A stretch of 36,946 nt of DNA, taken from IMG/VR virus record IMGVR_UViG_2718218132_000001. One strand, given 5' to 3'. The stretch comes from a virus (Duplodnaviria > Heunggongvirae > Uroviricota > Caudoviricetes). The position numbers were made by a program, and so were the translations under genes. Below, piece by piece: positions 10,718 to 19,753 of the stretch; position 1 is the first letter of the stretch; every line of letters starts with the position of its first letter. The notes beneath the pieces are model-generated. The model was not told where the DNA came from. It was given only the letters and a program-made list of their open reading frames with translations, and searched no databases.

Positions 10718-10766
10718 CCCCCTGAATAAAAACCGGAGATGATGCCAGTTAGCCGTTATCTCTGCA

Positions 10767-10792
10767 TTTTCATAAACGTTCAATTGGGAGAA
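10767..10792 (+). repeat. Putative 26-bp recombination site (right) of the invertible tail-fibre segment
   Basis: TTTTCATAAACGTTCAATTGGGAGAA; inverted relative to 12301..12326, 19/26 identical, same central TT dinucleotide, encodes ...QLGE in frame. Confidence 0.5.
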
Positions 10793-11215
10793 GCGGCAAA
10801 ACGGGATGTCGGAACCGGTAATAATCAACTCCCGGACATGTCCGCATTTGGTATGTCGCGAAACGGACAAACTGCCTGGGATATTCTCCCAAATGGTATG
10901 ATTCGACAGGCTGGCACTGTGACACTGACACCAGTTGGTAACTTCAACGCGCAGGTGCTTGGTGGGGTGACGTACTACACCCATTACTACAGGGTTAATT
11001 TCCCCAGACAATTCCCAAATGCACAAATAGCAACGCTGGCAACATTAGCGAGTTACAGCTTTTCGACCCAGGCATCAATGGCCGGAAAATCACTGGCAAC
11101 GCATCGCGATACTGATTCTGGCACTGACGTATCAAGAACGCGATTCACTGTGGCGTATACGACACCCAATCTCGGCGAAACACCGACACTGCATTTTGAA
11201 GCAATAGGATACTAA
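10793..11215 (+). CDS. Alternative tail-fibre C-terminal segment (Sv'-like), expressed only after inversion fuses it to the constant part of H
   Basis: Frame is open from the recombination site to ...TLHFEAIGY stop; shares a QLGxAAxRDVG junction motif with H; opposite strand to H and adjacent to the invertase. Confidence 0.65.
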   Translation, partial: AAKRDVGTGNNQLPDMSAFGMSRNGQTAWDILPNGMIRQAGTVTLTPVGNFNAQVLGGVTYYTHYYRVNFPRQFPNAQIATLATLASYSFSTQASMAGKSLATHRDTDSGTDVSRTRFTVAYTTPNLGETPTLHFEAIGY

Positions 11216-11217
11216 AT

Positions 11218-11451
11218 ATGGAGAATATCTATTTCAGCCCAACGACCGTTGGTTTTTATGTTTCTGAACAAGAGCGACCTGATGATGCGGTTGAAGTCTC
11301 GCCAGAGGTGGAGGCATTTTTGAGGGAGTGTGTTATCTGGGGAGCGGATACATTTAACGTAGAGCGAGATGCAGCAACGGTGACATATCCAACAGAACTG
11401 CTTGAATATGTCACCACCTACAACGCCCCCGTTAAATATCCTGCGGATTGA
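11218..11451 (+). CDS. Putative alternative tail-fibre assembly/chaperone gene (tfa'), short at 77 aa and possibly truncated
   Basis: ORF immediately downstream of Sv' on the same strand, converging on tfa; lacks the conserved Tfa C-terminal motif. Confidence 0.4.
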   Translation: MENIYFSPTTVGFYVSEQERPDDAVEVSPEVEAFLRECVIWGADTFNVERDAATVTYPTELLEYVTTYNAPVKYPAD

Positions 11452-11842
11452 CAGGCCATACGGGTTTTGCTGTATCAACGCGCATCAGCAGGACCCGGTA
11501 TTTTTTCCATTCAGATAACGCGGCGGTTTCTTCTGCCGTCGCGATTTCCGCATCAAAAGCATCCTGTCTCCAGGCTATTTCCTTATCAGCCATAGAACGC
11601 AATACCGTTCTTTTCTGTTCAGCCTGAATAATCTGTTGTTCAGCGGAGAGTGGCGGGATATCAATCCACGCAGGATTACCATTTTTATCAGCCCCCAGCG
11701 TTTTGCCTTGTGGCGCTACGCCTGTGTAAATTGCCATTGTTTCATCATCAACATCAACGCCATTTTCAGGCCATGAACCGGCGCTGATATATACCTCTTT
11801 TAGTGCTTTCGGATAGAAAGAGCCTTTATAAAATTTATTCAT
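11432..11842 (-). CDS. Tail-fibre assembly protein (Tfa/gpG-like)
   Basis: C-terminus EIATAEETAALSEWKKYRVLLMRVDT matches the conserved Tfa C-terminal domain; start placed at the ATG 2 nt after the H stop codon. Confidence 0.8.
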   Translation of the reverse strand: MNKFYKGSFYPKALKEVYISAGSWPENGVDVDDETMAIYTGVAPQGKTLGADKNGNPAWIDIPPLSAEQQIIQAEQKRTVLRSMADKEIAWRQDAFDAEIATAEETAALSEWKKYRVLLMRVDTAKPVWPVNPQDI

Positions 11843-11844
11843 TC

Positions 11845-13362
11845 TTAATACCCCAGCGCGATAAAACAACAATCTTCGGTGCCCTCTCCGGATGGCGACC
11901 AGTTCTGAATACTGATATGCGTTCTGCTGGCAATACGCACATTCATCGCGGCATTGTAGCCTGATGTTCCACGGTTTCCGGTCGCAAATAAGCCTGCATA
12001 GGGAAAAGCAAATGGTAAGGCATATCCAGCATCAGCTCCCTTTTGTGTTGCCACCGTTCCCCACTGCAACATAAGTTTCACCGGGTTTCCTGTCGTCGCA
12101 ATGCATGGAATGTAGATGTAGCCATTCCCTGACATCATTGACCTGAAGCTGTCTAAATCCAGTAACTTCGAGGCATTATCTGCTCCAACATCTCGTGTTG
12201 CGGCGGTCCCTAACTGGAGCGCATTTCGGAAGGCTGATACATCAGAAATATCAGCTCCATTAGCCGATTTCTGCATAGCTCCGGAGGCTTTATTTATCGT
12301 TTCTCCCAAACCAAGGTATGTGAGAAGACCAGCTACATCCTTTCCACTCAAATTAGTCAGCGTATTGTCCAGCGGTTGTTTACCTGCCAGTGCATTAAGC
12401 ATTGTCGTGGCAAAGTTCGGGTCATTCCCCAGCGCCGCCGCCAGTTCGTTCAGTGTATCCAGTGCCGCAGGTGCAGAACCCACCATTGCTGCAATCGCTG
12501 ATTTCACAAAAGCTGTAGTGGCAATCTGTGTATTGTTGACCGACTGTGCCGCAGTAGGTGCTGTTGGCGTTCCGGTGAGTGCCGGACTCGACAGCGGTGC
12601 TTTTAGTGCCAGCGCATTGTTAATGGTGGTACTGAATTTCGGATCATTGTTAATGGCTACGGCTATTTCTTTCAGCGTGTCCAGCGTGGCTGGCGCACCA
12701 TTAATAAGAGCCGTCAGTGCCGCCTGAACAAATGCGGTGGTCGCAAGCTGCGTGGTATTATTCCCCGCCGCTGGCGTTGGCGCTTTGGGGGTTCCGGTAA
12801 ACGTCGGACTTTCTTTGGGTGCATACTGTGAATGCGGGTCCGGTGCGGCAAGATGTTTTGCCATCAGGTCATCCACGTACACCTTCAGCTCCAATGCCTT
12901 GTCATCCACATACTTGCGGGTTGCCAGCACTACAGCAGGGTCGATTTTCAGGGTGATATTGTCCGTACTGCTGGTAATCAGCACCATGCGCACGGTCTGG
13001 GTGCGCCCGCTGCCTTCAGCCAGTTGCGGCTTATAGCTTTCCGGGCAGTTGCCCACGGCAATCAATGCCCCGGACTCATCAAACAGGCCCACTTCACGTA
13101 TCCACCAACCGCCCTCGTTTTCAGGGATCACCTGTTCAGCAATAATCTGGCTGCTGTTCTGCGGGTCGATATAAAGCATATTCAGCGCAGCCCGGCGTTT
13201 CTCATTTACCAGTGCCGTCTGCTTTGCGTCCGGCGTTGGCAATACTCCGCCGCCATCGCCCACCGCCATATGGGTAATTTTTAGCGGCACACCGAGCGCG
13301 GCGGCGCAGGCAAGTTTCGCCGCGCCAATATCCGTCAGCAGGGTATAAAATTTTGTGCTCAT
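11845..13362 (-). CDS. H: Tail-fibre protein (gpH-like), with the C-terminal variable part inside the invertible segment
   Basis: 505-aa ORF with repeated TTAFV/ALDTL tail-fibre shaft motifs; sits between gpI and tfa. Confidence 0.85.
   Translation of the reverse strand: MSTKFYTLLTDIGAAKLACAAALGVPLKITHMAVGDGGGVLPTPDAKQTALVNEKRRAALNMLYIDPQNSSQIIAEQVIPENEGGWWIREVGLFDESGALIAVGNCPESYKPQLAEGSGRTQTVRMVLITSSTDNITLKIDPAVVLATRKYVDDKALELKVYVDDLMAKHLAAPDPHSQYAPKESPTFTGTPKAPTPAAGNNTTQLATTAFVQAALTALINGAPATLDTLKEIAVAINNDPKFSTTINNALALKAPLSSPALTGTPTAPTAAQSVNNTQIATTAFVKSAIAAMVGSAPAALDTLNELAAALGNDPNFATTMLNALAGKQPLDNTLTNLSGKDVAGLLTYLGLGETINKASGAMQKSANGADISDVSAFRNALQLGTAATRDVGADNASKLLDLDSFRSMMSGNGYIYIPCIATTGNPVKLMLQWGTVATQKGADAGYALPFAFPYAGLFATGNRGTSGYNAAMNVRIASRTHISIQNWSPSGEGTEDCCFIALGY
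12301..12326 (-). repeat. Putative 26-bp recombination site (left) inside tail-fibre gene H; hix/gix-like imperfect palindrome
   Basis: Coding-strand TTCTCACATACC-TT-GGTTTGGGAGAA; half-sites are inverted repeats (10/12); resembles the hix/gix sites as I recall them; encodes LTYLGLGE of H. Confidence 0.5.
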
Positions 13363-13964
13363 GGATTCACTCTCATTGTGTCAATAACATGGACCGCCCC
13401 ACCTTCATGCGCGGTGCCACCGGAAATAATCGTTTCGTTGATATACGGATAGATCGTGATTTCTTCGCCAAGATAGCTGGCGGCTCCCACCCAATGCGGG
13501 CCGCTGGTCTGCAGATTGATGGACATGCCGATCATGTGACGGCTACATGGTTTGGCATCACTTATCAGTCGCTCAAGTTCCAGATAGGTATCTTCAGTTA
13601 TGCCCTGGTCCTGCACGCCGATATCCAGGCGAAACGTGCCCGGTGCCTCTCCGGTCTGCCACCACTCAATAATGCGGATCAGAAAGCCGAACGGCTCCAC
13701 CACCCGCCGCACGGCACTGGTGGTCCCTTTATGCTGATGAATATAAAAAGCATCCTTCACCACCTGGCGCTTGACGCTTTCTGTCCAGCCCTCATCCCAG
13801 CGATCCACAGAGAACGCCCAGGCGAGATAAGGCAGGAAACTGACCGGACAGGTTGCCGGATTCCACAAGTCACGCAGCGGCACCTGCAGATCAGAAATCC
13901 CACTGCAGGTTTGCGCCAGTCGTCGCTCCAGTGAAGTTGAACCCGGTGGCAGCAGACTATTCAT
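13359..13964 (-). CDS. I: Baseplate assembly protein I (gpI)
   Basis: 201-aa ORF between J and H; P2 gpI-like. Confidence 0.8.
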   Translation of the reverse strand: MNSLLPPGSTSLERRLAQTCSGISDLQVPLRDLWNPATCPVSFLPYLAWAFSVDRWDEGWTESVKRQVVKDAFYIHQHKGTTSAVRRVVEPFGFLIRIIEWWQTGEAPGTFRLDIGVQDQGITEDTYLELERLISDAKPCSRHMIGMSINLQTSGPHWVGAASYLGEEITIYPYINETIISGGTAHEGGAVHVIDTMRVNP

Positions 13965-14865
13965 CCGTTCCTCCGTTGGTCACGCTCCACTGCGTACATG
14001 ATGCCGCCTGTGTTTTGTTCAGGACCACATCCGCCAGAGGGGAAGCCAGCTCCACACGCTGCACACCCTCAACATGCAGGGCGGCAAAGATGGCGCTACG
14101 GCGAATATCCCGACCAAGACGCGTCTGACTGGCGATGTACTTCTGCAGGCTGGCTTTTGCCGCTGCCATTACCGGCTCTGCTTCCGGTCCCGGATAAAGA
14201 AAAATGGTGGCTTCCACTCGGTACGGGATGATTTCTGCGCTGCGAACCGTCAGACGGTCAGCCACCGGGCGGACGTTCTCACTGTTCAGGGCGTTCTCCA
14301 CCACATCCAGCAAGTCTTTTTCTGCAGTTCCGTCGCCTTCGCGGCTAAGGACAGTCAGCACCACCTCTGCAGGTGCCGGGCTGGTTGCACTGGCATCCGC
14401 CACCCGACCGTCGGCGCTTCGGGCATGAAATTCATAAGCGGCAGTTGGCCCCGCAACCGAAAGCCCTTCAAAGGCTGCAGGCACACGCAGGCGTAACGCT
14501 TCATCGCTTTCCATCACAGCCGCAACGGGCGGCACAGCGTCATTATCAGCAGGCGTCACCGTCAGGCGTTTCACGTTGTAGTTGGCAGCGAGCTGGTCAA
14601 GATCGCCGCCCATCGCGTAAGCCACCATCACCGCCTGCGCGGCTTCGTTAATGCGCTGGCGCAGAAGCAACTCACGGTAAGCGTTCTCCTGCAACAATTT
14701 GGTGACTGGTTCAGATTCCAGTTCCAGCGTGCGGATCACTGCTTCCTGCTCATCTTTCGGATGAAGCGCAACAAATTCGGCCTTGCGTTCGGCAAGCAAC
14801 GTCTCAAAGTCCGGCACATCGACAATCTGCGGCGCAGGCAACTGCGAAAGGTCAATCACTGCCAT
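13957..14865 (-). CDS. J: Baseplate protein J (gpJ)
   Basis: 302 aa from the internal Met (MAVIDLSQLPAP...), closely resembling the P2 gpJ N-terminus as I recall it. Confidence 0.85.
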   Translation of the reverse strand: MAVIDLSQLPAPQIVDVPDFETLLAERKAEFVALHPKDEQEAVIRTLELESEPVTKLLQENAYRELLLRQRINEAAQAVMVAYAMGGDLDQLAANYNVKRLTVTPADNDAVPPVAAVMESDEALRLRVPAAFEGLSVAGPTAAYEFHARSADGRVADASATSPAPAEVVLTVLSREGDGTAEKDLLDVVENALNSENVRPVADRLTVRSAEIIPYRVEATIFLYPGPEAEPVMAAAKASLQKYIASQTRLGRDIRRSAIFAALHVEGVQRVELASPLADVVLNKTQAASCTQWSVTNGGTDE

Positions 14866-15211
14866 TCTCTGCTCCTGTTGATACGGAAAGGGAAACAGGC
14901 ACACCGTTATTACGCCGCCCAGTCAGTCCCACCACCATTGAACCGTCAAAATTGCTGTTAATGGTGATGGAATCCAGCGTCAGCCGTGGCTCCCAGCGAC
15001 TCAGCGCCACATACACTGCCGACATGACCTGCAGGCGTAACGCCGGATTTTGTGGCTGGTCTATCAGTGCCGACAGCAGGGAACCATATTCACGGCGAGC
15101 AATGCGGCTACCCTGCGGCGTCAGCAGAATGTCCCGCACCGACTGGCGCAGATGGTCAATATCAGTAATGGCTTTGCCGCTGGTATTGTTCATCCCGCTA
15201 TAAAGCGTCAT
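14852..15211 (-). CDS. W: Baseplate wedge protein W (gpW)
   Basis: 119-aa ORF, GP46/gpW-like, between V and J. Confidence 0.8.
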   Translation of the reverse strand: MTLYSGMNNTSGKAITDIDHLRQSVRDILLTPQGSRIARREYGSLLSALIDQPQNPALRLQVMSAVYVALSRWEPRLTLDSITINSNFDGSMVVGLTGRRNNGVPVSLSVSTGAENGSD

Positions 15212-15786
15212 ACCGGGCCTCCGGTTGTATCGCCGCCTTTCAGGACGCCAGTATGCTGATGCGCATCAACCACGATCCCGTTAGAACTCATCGCTCCGCC
15301 GCCCTGGGTAACGCCACCATTGATCACCACTTCGCTGTTAATGCGCGTGCGGTCAGCCTCCAGTACAAACTCACTGGTTTTCAGGGTGATGTTGTCAGCG
15401 GCCTCAATGACCATTGATTTGATGCCCCTGACATACCAGCGCCCGGTGGCGGGTTCGTATTCAAACCAGCCACCGTCAGGATGTTCTGTCACGCAGGCGT
15501 CCGCCGACGTCGACGGTGGTGCGAACTGATTCGAATAGACAGCGGGCAGCGCAAAGGCGGTCTCCAGATTGCCGCCCAGACTCAGCAGCACCACCTGCTC
15601 ACCTTCCGATGGTTTCCACCATGTGCGGGCATTACCCGCGCGCAGCGTCAGCCAGTTAATCCAGTTGGTTTCAAGGTCGCCCGTTTTCACCCGACAAAGC
15701 CAGTTTTCCCGGTCCACTTCGGTGACTACCCCAGTGCGGATCAGGTTGGTGATAAGGCGCATGATTTCGGTTAATTGTGCGTTCAT
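15208..15786 (-). CDS. V: Baseplate spike/assembly protein V (gpV)
   Basis: 192-aa ORF preceded by a TGT-N12-ACA late-promoter motif; P2 gpV-like. Confidence 0.85.
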   Translation of the reverse strand: MNAQLTEIMRLITNLIRTGVVTEVDRENWLCRVKTGDLETNWINWLTLRAGNARTWWKPSEGEQVVLLSLGGNLETAFALPAVYSNQFAPPSTSADACVTEHPDGGWFEYEPATGRWYVRGIKSMVIEAADNITLKTSEFVLEADRTRINSEVVINGGVTQGGGAMSSNGIVVDAHQHTGVLKGGDTTGGPV

Positions 15787-15832
15787 AGGGAAAGGTTGCC
15801 ATCAGGGGAAGAAAGGCGGCAGTGCTGCAACT

Positions 15833-15850
15833 TGTATCAGTGCTGATACA
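15833..15850 (-). promoter_or_regulatory. Ogr-dependent late promoter element (TGT-N12-ACA, perfect palindrome) upstream of V (P_V-like)
   Basis: TGTATCAGTGCTGATACA lies between the S stop and the V start. Confidence 0.5.
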
Positions 15851-15854
15851 AAGA

Positions 15855-16301
15855 TCACCCCGCCAGCCATTGCAGAATCATGTCGCGGGTCATTGCCTCA
15901 ACATCATCATTTACGCCCAGAAGACGACGCTCTGCGTAACGGACCTCAGGTCCTTTGCGACTAACGCGATCACGCAGGCCGTAATGGTGAACGCGGGCAA
16001 TACGCTGCACCTTACCTTCAAACTGCACGCTGGCAGAATCCGTGCTGGCGGCGGTTTTCAGGTATTTTTTGGTGCGAAGTTTTGTAAACATCTGCCGTTT
16101 GATGCGGCCTTTTTTACTGCGTGCTGTTACTCGCCTCGGTTCATAGCTGCTGCCATCAGGATTGCGTTGCATCCTGATGTTCTGCTGCTGTGTCCGGCGC
16201 AGTTCCTGCGCCAGCTGGCGCATCATGCGGCTTCTGGCGGCTGGCTCCAGATTCGCCAGCAAAGCACTCAGCCAGTCGTCCACCTTCTGCAGTTCAGCCA
16301 C
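15855..16301 (-). CDS. S: Tail completion protein S (gpS)
   Basis: 148-aa ORF; P2 gpS-like position and size. Confidence 0.8.
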   Translation of the reverse strand: MAELQKVDDWLSALLANLEPAARSRMMRQLAQELRRTQQQNIRMQRNPDGSSYEPRRVTARSKKGRIKRQMFTKLRTKKYLKTAASTDSASVQFEGKVQRIARVHHYGLRDRVSRKGPEVRYAERRLLGVNDDVEAMTRDMILQWLAG

Positions 16302-16746
16302 GTTTCACCGTCCACATTTCTTCAGGTTCATCGGGTTCTGCTACAGCTTCAACGCTCGACACACTGCCGTCAGTGCTGACCAGCACACGCTCCGTCAGTT
16401 GCAGGTTAAGGCTGATATCACAGACATCGTTGCGCAGAATATCCACCTCAAAGGTGAATAGTTTTTCCCGTAACGCCGGATTATTGATGGCATCGGGCTG
16501 GTTATCCCGCAGCCACAGCAAAACCGGGGCCATCAGCAGATTCTGGTCCCCGCTGAAATCCTCAATCACCGCGTTCAGGGTGTAACGGTACTCCCATGAC
16601 ATGGAGCCGGCCCCCGTGGCAACCAGCGAACCGTTATCCACAAACAGATGCAGTTTGTCCGGGTTATTGCGGACATAAGGCACCGCTTTATTGAGGGCGT
16701 GGCGCAGGGATTGTGGTTTGTTCACTGTTTCGCTCCTGACACGCAA
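16294..16746 (-). CDS. R: Tail completion protein R (gpR)
   Basis: 150-aa ORF; P2 gpR-like position and size. Confidence 0.8.
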   Translation of the reverse strand: MRVRSETVNKPQSLRHALNKAVPYVRNNPDKLHLFVDNGSLVATGAGSMSWEYRYTLNAVIEDFSGDQNLLMAPVLLWLRDNQPDAINNPALREKLFTFEVDILRNDVCDISLNLQLTERVLVSTDGSVSSVEAVAEPDEPEEMWTVKRG

Positions 16747-16978
16747 TAATCATGTCCACTTTGTCTGCACAGACCGCCCAGGCGGCCTCCGTTTCATCCA
16801 GCAACGCGTTCAGATCACCGTTAGTGCGCGGCGCTGCCTGATCCAGCCGACACGGCGTCACTCGCGGACAACCACTGACGGTAAGCTGCACCTCCGGTGA
16901 GCGTCGGACGTTCCCGCAGCCGGATAATGTCAGCAGGCAAAGGAGTATCAGCCCAGCGGCGTAAATCCTCGTTCTCAC
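16688..16978 (-). CDS. lysC: LysC-like o-spanin (Rz1-type outer-membrane lipoprotein), embedded in the lysB/R overlap
   Basis: Signal peptide with lipobox LTLSGC, Pro-rich mature part; +1-frame overlap with lysB as in P2. Confidence 0.6.
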   Translation of the reverse strand: MRTRIYAAGLILLCLLTLSGCGNVRRSPEVQLTVSGCPRVTPCRLDQAAPRTNGDLNALLDETEAAWAVCADKVDMIIACQERNSEQTTIPAPRPQ

Positions 16979-17249
16979 GTTTCAGTTCCTCTATCCGGTG
17001 TTGTCGTTGTCTCAGCAGCGCGCTGGTCTGTTCTGCTTCGGCATAGAGCCGCGCCTGCTCCCGGTTATTGGTTTCAGTCAGAATGGACAGGCTGATAAGC
17101 TGGCTGTTGCTCTTTGCCAGTGCCTGGCTTTTGCTCTGCAGCTCGTCTGCCTGCGTGCTGATGGTCTGGCTGGCATCAGCCAGCCGCCACGTCTGCCAGC
17201 CCAGCGCCGCCAGTAATAACGCCAGCATAACCAGCAGCAACCGGTTCAT
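16821..17249 (-). CDS. lysB: LysB-like i-spanin (Rz-type)
   Basis: N-terminal TM helix followed by coiled-coil; position after lysA. Confidence 0.7.
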   Translation of the reverse strand: MNRLLLVMLALLLAALGWQTWRLADASQTISTQADELQSKSQALAKSNSQLISLSILTETNNREQARLYAEAEQTSALLRQRQHRIEELKRENEDLRRWADTPLPADIIRLRERPTLTGGAAYRQWLSASDAVSAGSGSAAH

Positions 17250-17623
17250 GCTGCTACCTGTTGCGCCATCTGATTACGGGTGATCCAGAAGGCAATAACG
17301 GTCAGTAGATAAAAGACCAGGGTAATAGCCCACCCCGTCCAGGCGAGACTTACGACAATCAGCAATCGCATCACCCAGCTGATAAATACGTTTTCTTTTC
17401 GGGTAATGGTCTTCAGCAAAGATGCCCTCAACTCCTGCCAGAGCGGGCCATTCTTAATTAACGCAGCCAGTGCTACCGGAATTACCGCCCATGTCAGTAA
17501 ACAGGCTACCCAAACGCCGGACGCTGCCAGTACCGGAAAAATCCCCTGGGGATACACCATTGCTGTGATTAACAGCGCCATCCATAACATCAGAAACAGC
17601 CCGCTGATTAATTTCTTTTTCAT
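17246..17623 (-). CDS. lysA: LysA-like lysis timing membrane protein
   Basis: Multi-TM ORF; start placed at the ATG (MKKKLISG...) immediately after the endolysin stop; the longer ORF reaches 17695. Confidence 0.6.
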   Translation of the reverse strand: MKKKLISGLFLMLWMALLITAMVYPQGIFPVLAASGVWVACLLTWAVIPVALAALIKNGPLWQELRASLLKTITRKENVFISWVMRLLIVVSLAWTGWAITLVFYLLTVIAFWITRNQMAQQVAA

Positions 17624-17624
17624 T

Positions 17625-18137
17625 TCAGTTTGCTCCCTGTAAACACCAGGCCATCTCCCGCGCACGGCGGTTATCCAGCCCCTGATTAAACACACCTTTC
17701 ACATAAACCCAGCGCGGCAACTGTCGGCACGCATCCGCCCAGCGCCGCTGATTGAGTAATTTCACCAGCGTGGAACTGCAGGCATTGCCCGTTCCCACGT
17801 TGAAGGCAAACGACACCGCAGCGTCATATACCTTCTGCGGCGGCTGTTGTTTCACACACCTTTCCAGCGCCCGCTCCACACGCAGCACGTTGGAAATCAG
17901 TCCTTCTGCTGCCTGTCGTTCCGTAATGGTTTTGCCGGGAATGACGCCTGACGTGTTACCAATGCCGTCGGTCCAGACGCCCGCGCTGCACTGATACGGC
18001 TGCAGACGACAGCCTTCGTAATCGGCAATCAGTTTCAGCCCCTCCACGGAGGTGTGAAGCTGCTGAAACCCCGGCAGCGTGGCAGCAATAGCCAGCACGG
18101 CCCCGACAAGGCAGCGTTTAACGATTGATGGATTCAT
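17625..18137 (-). CDS. K: Endolysin (gpK, lysozyme family) with hydrophobic N-terminal signal/anchor
   Basis: 170-aa ORF with lysozyme-like motifs; sits between the holin and lysA. Confidence 0.85.
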   Translation of the reverse strand: MNPSIVKRCLVGAVLAIAATLPGFQQLHTSVEGLKLIADYEGCRLQPYQCSAGVWTDGIGNTSGVIPGKTITERQAAEGLISNVLRVERALERCVKQQPPQKVYDAAVSFAFNVGTGNACSSTLVKLLNQRRWADACRQLPRWVYVKGVFNQGLDNRRAREMAWCLQGAN

Positions 18138-18333
18138 AGTCCTCCCGCGAGATCTGCCCGTCGCGCAGAAGCTGGTAGGCTTTGTGTTTGTAGTACCAGT
18201 TGATAGCCAGCATCAGCACACCAATCATCAGGCCGCCCAGCGTTGAGGCATCCTTGATGGACAAATCGCCCAGCCAGGCCAGCACAACGGCGATGCAGTA
18301 CGTGATAAAGGCGCTGATTCGCTCAAGCGTCAT
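18118..18333 (-). CDS. Putative holin (gpY position)
   Basis: 71-aa protein with two TM segments and a charged C-terminus; immediately upstream of the endolysin. Confidence 0.6.
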   Translation of the reverse strand: MTLERISAFITYCIAVVLAWLGDLSIKDASTLGGLMIGVLMLAINWYYKHKAYQLLRDGQISREDYESINR

Positions 18334-18336
18334 AAT

Positions 18337-18540
18337 TCAGTCCCATAGCTGGACGGTCTGCACGGTGGTGGTGGTCGGAATGTCCGGCAGCTCCACCTGC
18401 AGCCCGTGAGGTAAAAAGGGGCCATATTCGGCAAGCCCCGGATTTGCCTTCAGTACCTGCTCCGTGACACCCTGCGTGCGCCCGTAATGACGCCAGCAAA
18501 GCGCGTCCACCGTGTCATACTGATGCGCACGCACTTTCAT
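18337..18540 (-). CDS. X: Tail protein X (gpX)
   Basis: 67-aa ORF; YGRTxGV...ANPGLAE...LPHG motif pattern as in P2 gpX. Confidence 0.8.
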   Translation of the reverse strand: MKVRAHQYDTVDALCWRHYGRTQGVTEQVLKANPGLAEYGPFLPHGLQVELPDIPTTTTVQTVQLWD

Positions 18541-19004
18541 CAGATAAGCTCCACTGTGCAGTGCGGCGCATCCTGCACCCGGCTGATGGCCCAGCGGGCG
18601 TCACGCCACAAATCACCGCTGGATTCCGCCAGTTCCTCGCCTCGCTTCACACCGGATGCCGTGGCGTCATAGTCCTGGTATCGTTCGTTGAGCATGGCGC
18701 GTGCCCAGCAGTAAACCGCGTTGAAATAGTGCTGAATGCGCTCACTTTTGCCGTCCAGCTGTTCCGCCGGAACCTCAGCCAGCGACACATACCCCAGCAT
18801 CTGCTGACGTCTGCGAAACTCATACAGCTCTGCGTTGACCTCCGAAATTGCCGACAGCGCAACCTGCTTTAAACGCGGCTGCGTCACCGTGCCGTCAGTG
18901 CGCATGACACTGCGAAACTCCGACAGGTCCACATCAGGCCAGAACGGCGTATTTCTGATGATTTCCGCCTGTTCCGGTGCCTGTTCTGGCGCAACAAACT
19001 TCAT
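18540..19004 (-). CDS. L: Head completion/stabilisation protein (gpL)
   Basis: Start placed at the Met preceded by an AGGAGA RBS (MKFVAPEQ...); the longer ORF extends to 19067. Confidence 0.75.
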   Translation of the reverse strand: MKFVAPEQAPEQAEIIRNTPFWPDVDLSEFRSVMRTDGTVTQPRLKQVALSAISEVNAELYEFRRRQQMLGYVSLAEVPAEQLDGKSERIQHYFNAVYCWARAMLNERYQDYDATASGVKRGEELAESSGDLWRDARWAISRVQDAPHCTVELI

Positions 19005-19099
19005 GCTGCTTTCTCCTGAAATAGAGGGCGGTGGACGGGGTTTTGATGTGGCAGTGCCTTTCGCCACCCCGTGCCGCCCGTGCGCGGGGGCACGTTCTG

Positions 19100-19750
19100 T
19101 CAGCGGCTGTCATTGCGCAGTCTGCGCTCCAGCTGCTGTTTGTCTTTTTTCACGCCACAGCGGGGATCAAGCTGTAACGCATGGTTGAGATGATTAAGGG
19201 CGGAAGCCGGATTGCTTTCACTCAGGACAGCGCCAATCGCTTTATGCAGACGCGCCCGTGACTGGTCCGGCATATCCAGACCGTCTGTCAGCTCCAGCGT
19301 CTGCAACAACAGATCGGCATCAAAGCCGGTGGCGGCAAGCATTGCGCTCTGCGCGGCGTCTGCCATTTCCTCTGCCAGCACGGTCTGCACGTTGCGGTTA
19401 CCCAGCGGCATCACCCAGCCATGACGCAGGGCATGACGCCCGATCTCCAGCGCCCCGGCATAATCTCCGGCATCAATGCGCCACAGCATCACGTACATCA
19501 GCACGTCATCCTGTTGAGCGCCTCCGGCAGCCAGGACACCCTCTGCCCAGGCGGCGTACTTCGGCAGCAGCTCCACCTTGATTTCCGCTTTTTTGACCGT
19601 GGACTGAACGCCCTTGAGACGGCGGCGGTCTTCCGCCAGTTGCAGCAGCATCAGGTCATAGCCCGATGCGTGGCGAACACTGCCGCCCTCGCGGGCGGCC
19701 TGTTCAGCCTGAACGCGCAGGCGATGCTGCCGTGCGGGACTCAGGCTCAT
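19100..19750 (-). CDS. M: Terminase endonuclease/small subunit (gpM)
   Basis: 216-aa ORF between N and L; P2 gpM family. Confidence 0.85.
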   Translation of the reverse strand: MSLSPARQHRLRVQAEQAAREGGSVRHASGYDLMLLQLAEDRRRLKGVQSTVKKAEIKVELLPKYAAWAEGVLAAGGAQQDDVLMYVMLWRIDAGDYAGALEIGRHALRHGWVMPLGNRNVQTVLAEEMADAAQSAMLAATGFDADLLLQTLELTDGLDMPDQSRARLHKAIGAVLSESNPASALNHLNHALQLDPRCGVKKDKQQLERRLRNDSR

Positions 19751-19753
19751 GGA

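Noticed and set aside
10718-11026. N-terminal 103-aa extension of the invertase ORF
   Set aside because: The invertase family begins at MLIGYVRVST; the extension overlaps the alternative fibre segment on the opposite strand and is just the open upstream frame.
12193-12232. Shared RDVG peptide junction initially considered as the inversion crossover point
   Set aside because: DNA identity there is poor between the two arms; a better hix/gix-like inverted 26-mer pair with matching central dinucleotide lies at 12301..12326 and 10767..10792.
19061-19095. GC-rich imperfect hairpin between M and L
   Set aside because: No U-tract follows on the transcribed strand and it sits inside an operon; unlikely to be a terminator. 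It may affect L initiation but there is no evidence.
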